A stretch of DNA of 64,000 bases, taken from the NCBI RefSeq assembly GCF_009914755.1, contig NC_060930.1; one strand, given 5' to 3'. Below are positions 11,801 through 23,950 of this stretch, piece after piece (the first letter of the stretch is position 1; each line of letters starts with the position of its first letter). This DNA is from the human T2T-CHM13v2.0 reference genome, Homo sapiens. Made by a program: the position numbers and the translations under genes. Below the pieces are notes generated by a model. The model was given only the letters and a program-made list of their open reading frames with translations. It did not search any database and had not been told where the DNA came from.

Positions 11801-14800
11801 GTAGTATTTCCAAGCGGATATTTAGAGCGCCTTGAAGCCTATGCTAGAAATGGAAATATCTCCCCATAAAACCAAGACAGAAGCAATCTCAGAAACTAAT
11901 GTGTGATGGCTGCATTCCACACACACGGTGGACCATTTCTCTTGATAGAGCAGTTTTGAAACACTCTTTCTGTAGAATCTGCAAGTGGATAATTGGACCT
12001 CCTAGAGGCCTTCGTTGGAAACGGGATTTCTTCATCTAAACCTACAGAGAAGAATTCTCAGTAACTTCTTCGGATGTGTGCATTCGACGCACAGAATGGA
12101 ACATTCCCTTTGATAGAGCAGTTTTGAGACACCGTTTTTGTAGAATTCCCAAGTGGATATTTAGAGCACTTTGAAGTCTCTGCTAGAAAAGGAAACATCT
12201 TCATGTAAAAAGTAGATAGAATCGTTCTCAGAAAGTGCTTAGTGACGTGTGCGTTCAACTCACAGAGTTTAACGTTTCTTTTGATAGAGCGTTTCTGAAA
12301 CACCCTTCTTGTAGTAGCTGCAAGTGGATATTTGGACCTATTGGAGGCCTTCTTTGGAAATGGGATTTCTTCATGTAACTCTAGATTGAAGAGTTCTCAG
12401 AAACTCCTTTGTGATGTGTGCATTCAATTCAAAGAGTGAAACCTCCCTTTTCACAGAGCAGTTTTGAAACACTGTTTTTGTAGGATTTCCAAGGGGATAT
12501 TTATAGCGCATTGAGCCTACGGCGGAAAAAGAAACATCTTCCTATAAAAACTAGACAGAATACTTCTCAGAATCTGCTTTGCGATGTGTGCGTTCAACTC
12601 ACAGAGTAAAACTTTTCTTTTGATAGAGCAGTTTTGAAACACTCTTTTTGTAGTATTTGCATGTGTATATTTAGAGCGCATTGAAGCCCACAGTAGAAAA
12701 GGAAATAACTTCACCTAAAACCTAGACAGAAGCAATCTCAGAAACTACTTTGTGATGTGTACATTCAACTCACAGAGTGGAACTTTCCTCTTTATAGAGC
12801 AGTGTTGAAACACTCTTTTTGTAGAAACTGCAAGTGGATATTTGGACCTCTTTGAGGCCTTCGTTGGAAACGGGATTTCTTCCTATAACCCTAGACAGAA
12901 GAATTTTCAGAAACCTCATTGTGATGTGTGCGTTCATCTCACAGAGTGGAGTCTTCCGTTTGATAGAGAAGTTTTGAAACCCTGTTCTTGTAGGATTTCC
13001 AAGTGGATATTTAGACCACTTTGAAGCCTATGATAGAAAAGGAAACATCTTCATGGAAAACATAGATAGAATCATCCTCAGAAACAACTTTGTGATGTGT
13101 GCGTTGAACTCACCGTCTTTAACCTTTCTTTTGGTAGAGAAGTTTTGAAACACTCTCTTTGTAAAGTCTACAAGTGGATATTTTGAGCCCTTGGAGGCAT
13201 TCTTTGGAAAAGGGAATGTCTTCACATAAAAGGCAGACGGAAGTGTTCTCAGAAACTGCTTTGTGATGTCTGTGTTCAACTCACAGAGTTTAACATTTCC
13301 TTTGATAGAGCGGTTTAGTAACCCTCTCTTTGTAGAATTTGGAAGTGTATACTAAGAGCGCTTTGAGGCCTATGGTAGAAAAGGAAATATCTTTCCATAA
13401 AAGCTAGACAGAAGCAATCTCAGAAACTCCTTTGCGATGTCTGCATTCAACTCACCGAGTGGAACATTCCTCTTGAGAGAGCAGTTTGGAAACACTCTTT
13501 CTGTAGAATCAGCTTGTTTGTATTTGGACCTCCTTGAGGCCTTCGTTGGAAACGGGTTTTCATCTTATAAACCCAGACAGAAGAATTCTCAGAGTCTTCT
13601 TTGTGATGTGTGCTTTCAACTCACCGAGATAAAGATTTCTCTTGATAGAGCAATTTGGAAACACTCTTTTTGTAGAATTTGCAAGGGTACATTGAGAGCG
13701 CTTTCAGGCCTATGGTAGAAAAGGGAATATCTTTCCATAAAAGGTAGACAGAAGCAATCTCAGAAACTACTTTGTGATGTGTGCATTCAACTCACCGAGT
13801 GCAACGTTCCTCTTGACCGAGCAGTTTGGAAACATTGTTTCTGTAGAATCTGCAAGTGGATATTTGGACCTCTTTGAGGCCTTCGTTGGAAACGGGATTT
13901 CTTCCTATAAACCCAGACAGAAGAATTCTCAGAGACTTCTTTGTGATGTGTGAATTCAACTCACAGTGTGGATCCTTCCTTTTGATAGAGCAGTTTTGAA
14001 ACCCTGTTTTTGTAGTATTTCCAAGCGGATATTCGGAACGCCTTGAAGCGTATGGTAGAAAAGGAAATATCTTCCCATAAAACCTAGACAGAACCAATCT
14101 CAGAAACGACTTTGTGATGTCTGCATTCAAGTCACAGAGTTGAACATTTCTCTTGATAGAGCAGTTTTGAAACCCTCTTTCTGAAGGATCTGCAAGTGGA
14201 TATTTGGAACTCCTTTGGGTCTTCGTTGGAAACGGGATTTCTTCGTATAAATCTAGACAGAAGAATTCTCCGAAACTTCTTTGGTTGTGTGCATTCAAGT
14301 CACAGAGTGGAACCTTCCTTTGGATAGAGCAGTTTGAAACGCCGTGGTTGTAGTATTTCCAAGCGGATATTAGAGCGCCTTGAGGCCTATGGTAGAAAAG
14401 GAAATATCTTCCCATAAAACCTAGACGGAAGCAATCTCAGAAACTACTGTGTGATGGCTGCATTCCACACACACGGTGGAACATTTCTCTTGATAGAGCA
14501 GTTTTGAAACACTCTTTCTGTAGAATCTGCAAGTGGATAATTGGACCGCCTTGAGGCCTTCGTTGGAAACGGGATTTCTTCATGTTACTCTAGATAGAAG
14601 AATTCTCAAACACTGCTATGTGATGTTTGCATTCAAGTCACAGAGTGCAACATTCCTCTTGGTAGAGCAGTTGGGAAACACTCCTTTTGTAGAATCTGCA
14701 ATGGGATATTTGGACTTCTTTGAGGCCTTCGTTGGAAACGGGATTTCTTCGTATGAATCTAGACAGAAGAATTCTCAGAAACTTCCTTGTGATGTGTGCA

Positions 14801-17800
14801 TTCAACTCAGCGAGTGGCACCTTCCTTTGGATACAGCAGTTTTGAAACACTGTTTTTGTAGTATTTCCAAGCGGATATTTAGAGCGCCTTGAAGCCTATG
14901 CTAGAAATGGAAATATCTCCCCATAAAACCAAGACAGAAGCAATCTCAGAAACTAATGTGTGATGGCTGCATTCCACACACACGGTGGACCATTTCTCTT
15001 GATAGAGCAGTTTTGAAACACTCTTTCTGTAGAATCTGCAAGTGGATAATTGGACCTCCTAGAGGCCTTCGTTGGAAACGGGATTTCTTCATCTAAACCT
15101 ACAGAGAAGAATTCTCAGTAACTTCTTCGGATGTGTGCATTCGACGCACAGAATGGAACATTCCCTTTGATAGAGCAGTTTTGAGACACCGTTTTTGTAG
15201 AATTCCCAAGTGGATATTTAGAGCACTTTGAAGTCTCTGCTAGAAAAGGAAACATCTTCATGTAAAAAGTAGATAGAATCGTTCTCAGAAAGTGCTTAGT
15301 GACGTGTGCGTTCAACTCACAGAGTTTAACGTTTCTTTTGATAGAGCGTTTCTGAAACACCCTTCTTGTAGTAGCTGCAAGTGGATATTTGGACCTATTG
15401 GAGGCCTTCTTTGGAAATGGGATTTCTTCATGTAACTCTAGATTGAAGAGTTCTCAGAAACTCCTTTGTGATGTGTGCATTCAATTCAAAGAGTGAAACC
15501 TCCCTTTTCACAGAGCAGTTTTGAAACACTGTTTTTGTAGGATTTCCAAGGGGATATTTATAGCGCATTGAGCCTACGGCGGAAAAAGAAACATCTTCCT
15601 ATAAAAACTAGACAGAATACTTCTCAGAATCTGCTTTGCGATGTGTGCGTTCAACTCACAGAGTAAAACTTTTCTTTTGATAGAGCAGTTTTGAAACACT
15701 CTTTTTGTAGTATTTGCATGTGTATATTTAGAGCGCATTGAAGCCCACAGTAGAAAAGGAAATAACTTCACCTAAAACCTAGACAGAAGCAATCTCAGAA
15801 ACTACTTTGTGATGTGTACATTCAACTCACAGAGTGGAACTTTCCTCTTTATAGAGCAGTGTTGAAACACTCTTTTTGTAGAAACTGCAAGTGGATATTT
15901 GGACCTCTTTGAGGCCTTCGTTGGAAACGGGATTTCTTCCTATAACCCTAGACAGAAGAATTTTCAGAAACCTCATTGTGATGTGTGCGTTCATCTCACA
16001 GAGTGGAGTCTTCCGTTTGATAGAGAAGTTTTGAAACCCTGTTCTTGTAGGATTTCCAAGTGGATATTTAGACCACTTTGAAGCCTATGATAGAAAAGGA
16101 AACATCTTCATGGAAAACATAGATAGAATCATCCTCAGAAACAACTTTGTGATGTGTGCGTTGAACTCACCGTCTTTAACCTTTCTTTTGGTAGAGAAGT
16201 TTTGAAACACTCTCTTTGTAAAGTCTACAAGTGGATATTTTGAGCCCTTGGAGGCATTCTTTGGAAAAGGGAATGTCTTCACATAAAAGGCAGACGGAAG
16301 TGTTCTCAGAAACTGCTTTGTGATGTCTGTGTTCAACTCACAGAGTTTAACATTTCCTTTGATAGAGCGGTTTAGTAACCCTCTCTTTGTAGAATTTGGA
16401 AGTGTATACTAAGAGCGCTTTGAGGCCTATGGTAGAAAAGGAAATATCTTTCCATAAAAGCTAGACAGAAGCAATCTCAGAAACTCCTTTGCGATGTCTG
16501 CATTCAACTCACCGAGTGGAACATTCCTCTTGAGAGAGCAGTTTGGAAACACTCTTTCTGTAGAATCAGCTTGTTTGTATTTGGACCTCCTTGAGGCCTT
16601 CGTTGGAAACGGGTTTTCATCTTATAAACCCAGACAGAAGAATTCTCAGAGTCTTCTTTGTGATGTGTGCTTTCAACTCACCGAGATAAAGATTTCTCTT
16701 GATAGAGCAATTTGGAAACACTCTTTTTGTAGAATTTGCAAGGGTACATTGAGAGCGCTTTCAGGCCTATGGTAGAAAAGGGAATATCTTTCCATAAAAG
16801 GTAGACAGAAGCAATCTCAGAAACTACTTTGTGATGTGTGCATTCAACTCACCGAGTGCAACGTTCCTCTTGACCGAGCAGTTTGGAAACATTGTTTCTG
16901 TAGAATCTGCAAGTGGATATTTGGACCTCTTTGAGGCCTTCGTTGGAAACGGGATTTCTTCCTATAAACCCAGACAGAAGAATTCTCAGAGACTTCTTTG
17001 TGATGTGTGAATTCAACTCACAGTGTGGATCCTTCCTTTTGATAGAGCAGTTTTGAAACCCTGTTTTTGTAGTATTTCCAAGCGGATATTCGGAACGCCT
17101 TGAAGCGTATGGTAGAAAAGGAAATATCTTCCCATAAAACCTAGACAGAACCAATCTCAGAAACGACTTTGTGATGTCTGCATTCAAGTCACAGAGTTGA
17201 ACATTTCTCTTGATAGAGCAGTTTTGAAACCCTCTTTCTGAAGGATCTGCAAGTGGATATTTGGAACTCCTTTGGGTCTTCGTTGGAAACGGGATTTCTT
17301 CGTATAAATCTAGACAGAAGAATTCTCCGAAACTTCTTTGGTTGTGTGCATTCAAGTCACAGAGTGGAACCTTCCTTTGGATAGAGCAGTTTGAAACGCC
17401 GTGGTTGTAGTATTTCCAAGCGGATATTAGAGCGCCTTGAGGCCTATGGTAGAAAAGGAAATATCTTCCCATAAAACCTAGACGGAAGCAATCTCAGAAA
17501 CTACTGTGTGATGGCTGCATTCCACACACACGGTGGAACATTTCTCTTGATAGAGCAGTTTTGAAACACTCTTTCTGTAGAATCTGCAAGTGGATAATTG
17601 GACCGCCTTGAGGCCTTCGTTGGAAACGGGATTTCTTCATGTTACTCTAGATAGAAGAATTCTCAAACACTGCTATGTGATGTTTGCATTCAAGTCACAG
17701 AGTGCAACATTCCTCTTGGTAGAGCAGTTGGGAAACACTCCTTTTGTAGAATCTGCAATGGGATATTTGGACTTCTTTGAGGCCTTCGTTGGAAACGGGA

Positions 17801-18342
17801 TTTCTTCGTATGAATCTAGACAGAAGAATTCTCAGAAACTTCCTTGTGATGTGTGCATTCAACTCAGCGAGTGGCACCTTCCTTTGGATACAGCAGTTTT
17901 GAAACACTGTTTTTGTAGTATTTCCAAGCGGATATTTAGAGCGCCTTGAAGCCTATGCTAGAAATGGAAATATCTCCCCATAAAACCAAGACAGAAGCAA
18001 TCTCAGAAACTAATGTGTGATGGCTGCATTCCACACACACGGTGGACCATTTCTCTTGATAGAGCAGTTTTGAAACACTCTTTCTGTAGAATCTGCAAGT
18101 GGATAATTGGACCTCCTAGAGGCCTTCGTTGGAAACGGGATTTCTTCATCTAAACCTACAGAGAAGAATTCTCAGTAACTTCTTCGGATGTGTGCATTCG
18201 ACGCACAGAATGGAACATTCCCTTTGATAGAGCAGTTTTGAGACACCGTTTTTGTAGAATTCCCAAGTGGATATTTAGAGCACTTTGAAGTCTCTGCTAG
18301 AAAAGGAAACATCTTCATGTAAAAAGTAGATAGAATCGTTCT

Positions 18343-20893
18343 CAGAAAGTGCTTAGTGACGTGTGCGTTCAACTCACAGAGTTTAACGTTTCTTTTGATA
18401 GAGCGTTTCTGAAACACCCTTCTTGTAGTAGCTGCAAGTGGATATTTGGACCTATTGGAGGCCTTCTTTGGAAATGGGATTTCTTCATGTAACTCTAGAT
18501 TGAAGAGTTCTCAGAAACTCCTTTGTGATGTGTGCATTCAATTCAAAGAGTGAAACCTCCCTTTTCACAGAGCAGTTTTGAAACACTGTTTTTGTAGGAT
18601 TTCCAAGGGGATATTTATAGCGCATTGAGCCTACGGCGGAAAAAGAAACATCTTCCTATAAAAACTAGACAGAATACTTCTCAGAATCTGCTTTGCGATG
18701 TGTGCGTTCAACTCACAGAGTAAAACTTTTCTTTTGATAGAGCAGTTTTGAAACACTCTTTTTGTAGTATTTGCATGTGTATATTTAGAGCGCATTGAAG
18801 CCCACAGTAGAAAAGGAAATAACTTCACCTAAAACCTAGACAGAAGCAATCTCAGAAACTACTTTGTGATGTGTACATTCAACTCACAGAGTGGAACTTT
18901 CCTCTTTATAGAGCAGTGTTGAAACACTCTTTTTGTAGAAACTGCAAGTGGATATTTGGACCTCTTTGAGGCCTTCGTTGGAAACGGGATTTCTTCCTAT
19001 AACCCTAGACAGAAGAATTTTCAGAAACCTCATTGTGATGTGTGCGTTCATCTCACAGAGTGGAGTCTTCCGTTTGATAGAGAAGTTTTGAAACCCTGTT
19101 CTTGTAGGATTTCCAAGTGGATATTTAGACCACTTTGAAGCCTATGATAGAAAAGGAAACATCTTCATGGAAAACATAGATAGAATCATCCTCAGAAACA
19201 ACTTTGTGATGTGTGCGTTGAACTCACCGTCTTTAACCTTTCTTTTGGTAGAGAAGTTTTGAAACACTCTCTTTGTAAAGTCTACAAGTGGATATTTTGA
19301 GCCCTTGGAGGCATTCTTTGGAAAAGGGAATGTCTTCACATAAAAGGCAGACGGAAGTGTTCTCAGAAACTGCTTTGTGATGTCTGTGTTCAACTCACAG
19401 AGTTTAACATTTCCTTTGATAGAGCGGTTTAGTAACCCTCTCTTTGTAGAATTTGGAAGTGTATACTAAGAGCGCTTTGAGGCCTATGGTAGAAAAGGAA
19501 ATATCTTTCCATAAAAGCTAGACAGAAGCAATCTCAGAAACTCCTTTGCGATGTCTGCATTCAACTCACCGAGTGGAACATTCCTCTTGAGAGAGCAGTT
19601 TGGAAACACTCTTTCTGTAGAATCAGCTTGTTTGTATTTGGACCTCCTTGAGGCCTTCGTTGGAAACGGGTTTTCATCTTATAAACCCAGACAGAAGAAT
19701 TCTCAGAGTCTTCTTTGTGATGTGTGCTTTCAACTCACCGAGATAAAGATTTCTCTTGATAGAGCAATTTGGAAACACTCTTTTTGTAGAATTTGCAAGG
19801 GTACATTGAGAGCGCTTTCAGGCCTATGGTAGAAAAGGGAATATCTTTCCATAAAAGGTAGACAGAAGCAATCTCAGAAACTACTTTGTGATGTGTGCAT
19901 TCAACTCACCGAGTGCAACGTTCCTCTTGACCGAGCAGTTTGGAAACATTGTTTCTGTAGAATCTGCAAGTGGATATTTGGACCTCTTTGAGGCCTTCGT
20001 TGGAAACGGGATTTCTTCCTATAAACCCAGACAGAAGAATTCTCAGAGACTTCTTTGTGATGTGTGAATTCAACTCACAGTGTGGATCCTTCCTTTTGAT
20101 AGAGCAGTTTTGAAACCCTGTTTTTGTAGTATTTCCAAGCGGATATTTGGAACGCCTTGAAGCGTATGGTAGAAAAGGAAATATCTTCCCATAAAACCTA
20201 GACAGAACCAATCTCAGAAACGACTTTGTGATGTCTGCATTCAAGTCACAGAGTTGAACATTTCTCTTGATAGAGCAGTTTTGAAACCCTCTTTCTGAAG
20301 GATCTGCAAGTGGATATTTGGAACTCCTTTGGGTCTTCGTTGGAAACGGGATTTCTTCGTATAAATCTAGACAGAAGAATTCTCAGAAACTTCCTTGTGA
20401 TGTGTGCATTCAACTCAGCGAGTGGCACCTTCCTTTGGATACAGCAGTTTTGAAACACTGTTTTTGTAGTATTTCCAAGCGGATATTTAGAGCGCCTTGA
20501 AGCCTATGCTAGAAATGGAAATATCTCCCCATAAAACCAAGACGGAAGCAATCTCAGAAACTAATGTGTGATGGCTGCATTCCACACACACGGTGGACCA
20601 TTTCTCTTGATAGAGCAGTTTTGAAACACTCTTTCTGTAGAATCTGCAAGTGGATAATTGGACCTCCGAGAGGCCTTCGTTGGAAACGGGATTTCTTCAT
20701 CTAAACCTACAGAGAAATATTCTCAGTAACTTCTTCGGATGTGTGCATTCGACGCACAGAATGGAACATTCCCTTTGATAGAGCAGTTTTGAGACACCGT
20801 TTTTGTAGAATTCCCAAGTGGATATTTAGAGCACTTTGAAGTCTCTGCTAGAAAAGGAAACATCATCATGTAAAAAGTAGATAGAATCGTTCT
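18343..20893 (+). repeat. 15-mer structural variant HOR (U7, 2551 bp; 506 bp deletion)
   Basis: Marker ORF spacing 18631->21182 = 2551. The junction reads ...cgtatAaatctagacagaagaattctcAgaaacttccttgtg at ~20363-20385, fusing unit position ~2042 to ~2549. Confidence 0.97.
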
Positions 20894-23800
20894 CAGAAAG
20901 TGCTTAGTGTCGTGTGCGTTCAACTCACAGAGTTTAACGTTTCTTTTGATAGAGCGTTTCTGAAACACCCTTCTTGTAGTAGCTGCAAGTGGATATTTGG
21001 ACCTATTGGAGGCCTTCTTTGGAAACGGGATTTCTTCATGTAACTCTAGATTGAAGAATTCTCAGAAACTCCTTTGTGATGTGTGCATTCAATTCAAAGA
21101 GTGAAACCTCTCTTTTCACAGAGCAGTTTTGAAACACTGTTTTTGTAGGATTTCCAAGGGGATATTTATAGCGCATTGAGCCTACGGCGGAAAAAGAAAC
21201 ATCTTCCTATAAAAACTAGACAGAATACTTCTCAGAATCTGCTTTGCGATGTGTGCGTTCAACTCACAGAGTAAAACTTTTCTTTTGATAGAGCAGTTTT
21301 GAAACACTCTTTTTGTAGTATTTGCATGTGTATATTTAGAGCGCATTGAAGCCCACAGTAGAAAAGGAAATAACTTCACCTAAAACCTAGACAGAAGCAA
21401 TCTCAGAAACTACTTTGTGATGTGTACATTCAACTCACAGAGTGGAACTTTCCTCTTTATAGAGCAGTGTTGAAACACTCTTTTTGTAGAAACTGCAAGT
21501 GGATATTTGGACCTCTTTGAGGCCTTCGTTGGAAACGGGATTTCTTCCTATAACCCTAGACAGAAGAATTTTCAGAAACCTCATTGTGATGTGTGCGTTC
21601 ATCTCACAGAGTGGAGTCTTCCGTTTGATAGAGAAGTTTTGAAACCCTGTTCTTGTAGGATTTCCAAGTGGATATTTAGACCACTTTGAAGCCTATGATA
21701 GAAAAGGAAACATCTTCATGGAAAACATAGATAGAATCATCCTCAGAAACAACTTTGTGATGTGTGCGTTGAACTCACCGTCTTTAACCTTTCTTTTGGT
21801 AGAGAAGTTTTGAAACACTCTCTTTGTAAAGTCTACAAGTGGATATTTTGAGCCCTTGGAGGCATTCTTTGGAAAAGGGAATGTCTTCACATAAAAGGCA
21901 GACGGAAGTGTTCTCAGAAACTGCTTTGTGATGTCTGTGTTCAACTCACAGAGTTTAACATTTCCTTTGATAGAGCGGTTTAGTAACCCTCTCTTTGTAG
22001 AATTTGGAAGTGTATACTAAGAGCGCTTTGAGGCCTATGGTAGAAAAGGAAATATCTTTCCATAAAAGCTAGACAGAAGCAATCTCAGAAACTCCTCTGT
22101 GATGTCTGCATTCAACTCACCGAGTGGAACATTCCTCTTGATAGAGCAGTTTGGAAACACTCTTTCTGTAGAATCAGCTTGTTTGTATTTGGACCTCCTT
22201 GAGGCCTTCGTTGGAAACGGGTTTTCATCTTATAAACCCAGACAGAAGAATTCTCAGAGTCTTCTTTGTGATGTGTGCTTTCAACTCACCGAGATAAAGA
22301 TTTCTCTTGATAGAGCAATTTGGAAACACTCTTTTTGTAGAATTTGCAAGGGTACATTGAGAGCGCTTTCAGGCCTATGGTAGAAAAGGGAATATCTTTC
22401 CATAAAAGGTAGACAGAAGCAATCTCAGAAACTACTTTGTGATGTGTGCATTCAACTCACCGAGTGCAACGTTCCTCTTGACCGAGCAGTTTGGAAACAT
22501 TGTTTCTGTAGAATCTGCAAGTGGATATTTGGACCTCTTTGAGGCCTTCGTTGGAAACGGGATTTCTTCCTATAAACCCAGACAGAAGAATTCTCAGAGA
22601 CTTCTTTGTGATGTGTGAATTCAACTCACAGTGTGGATCCTTCCTTTTGATAGAGCAGTTTTGAAACCCTGTTTTTGTAGTATTTCCAAGCGGATATTCG
22701 GAACGCCTTGAAGCGTATGGTAGAAAAGGAAATATCTTCCCATAAAACCTAGACAGAACCAATCTCAGAAACGACTTTGTGATGTCTGCATTCAAGTCAC
22801 AGAGTTGAACATTTCTCTTGATAGAGCAGTTTTGAAACCCTCTTTCTGAAGGATCTGCAAGTGGATATTTGGAACTCCTTTGGGTCTTCGTTGGAAACGG
22901 GATTTCTTCGTATAAATCTAGACAGAAGAATTCTCCGAAACTTCTTTGGTTTTGTGCATTCAAGTCACAGAGTGGAACCTTCCTTTGGATAGAGCAGTTT
23001 GAAACGCCGTGGTTGTAGTATTTCCAAGCGGATATTAGAGCGCCTTGAGGCCTATGGTAGAAAAGGAAATATCTTCCCATAAAACCTAGACGGAAGCAAT
23101 CTCAGAAACTACTGTGTGATGGCTGCATTCCACACACACGGTGGAACATTTCTCTTGATAGAGCAGTTTTGAAACACTCTTTCTGTAGAATCTGCAAGTG
23201 GATAATTGGACCGCCTTGAGGCCTTCGTTGGAAACGGGATTTCTTCATGTTACTCTAGATAGAAGAATTCTCAAACACTGCTATGTGATGTTTGCATTCA
23301 AGTCACAGAGTGCAACATTCCTCTTGGTAGAGCAGTTGGGAAACACTCCTTTTGTAGAATCTGCAATGGGATATTTGGACTTCTTTGAGGCCTTCGTTGG
23401 AAACGGGATTTCTTCGTATGAATCTAGACAGAAGAATTCTCAGAAACTTCCTTGTGATGTGTGCATTCAACTCAGCGAGTGGCACCTTCCTTTGGATACA
23501 GCAGTTTTGAAACACTGTTTTTGTAGTATTTCCAAGCGGATATTTAGAGCGCCTTGAAGCCTATGCTAGAAATGGAAATATCTCCCCATAAAACCAAGAC
23601 AGAAGCAATCTCAGAAACTAATGTGTGATGGCTGCATTCCACACACACGGTGGACCATTTCTCTTGATAGAGCAGTTTTGAAACACTCTTTCTGTAGAAT
23701 CTGCAAGTGGATAATTGGACCTCCTAGAGGCCTTCGTTGGAAACGGGATTTCTTCATCTAAACCTACAGAGAAGAATTCTCAGTAACTTCTTCGGATGTG

Positions 23801-23950
23801 TGCATTCGACGCACAGAATGGAACATTCCCTTTGATAGAGCAGTTTTGAGACACCGTTTTTGTAGAATTCCCAAGTGGATATTTAGAGCACTTTGAAGTC
23901 TCTGCTAGAAAAGGAAACATCTTCATGTAAAAAGTAGATAGAATCGTTCT
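20894..23950 (+). repeat. 18-mer HOR (U8)
   Basis: Marker spacing 3057. Private SNP near 22951-22952 (ggttttgtgc vs ggttgtgtgc), visible as H->Q in the 207 aa pseudo-ORF. Confidence 0.96.

Larger units (their letters stand above)
1..18342 (+). repeat. Six tandem 18-mer HORs (U1-U6; starts 1, 3058, 6115, 9172, 12229, 15286)
   Basis: Constant 3057 bp offset of sequence landmarks and ORFs. U2-U6 are identical at every diagnostic site I checked by eye, while U1 carries variant alleles in its first ~1250 bp. Confidence 0.97.
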
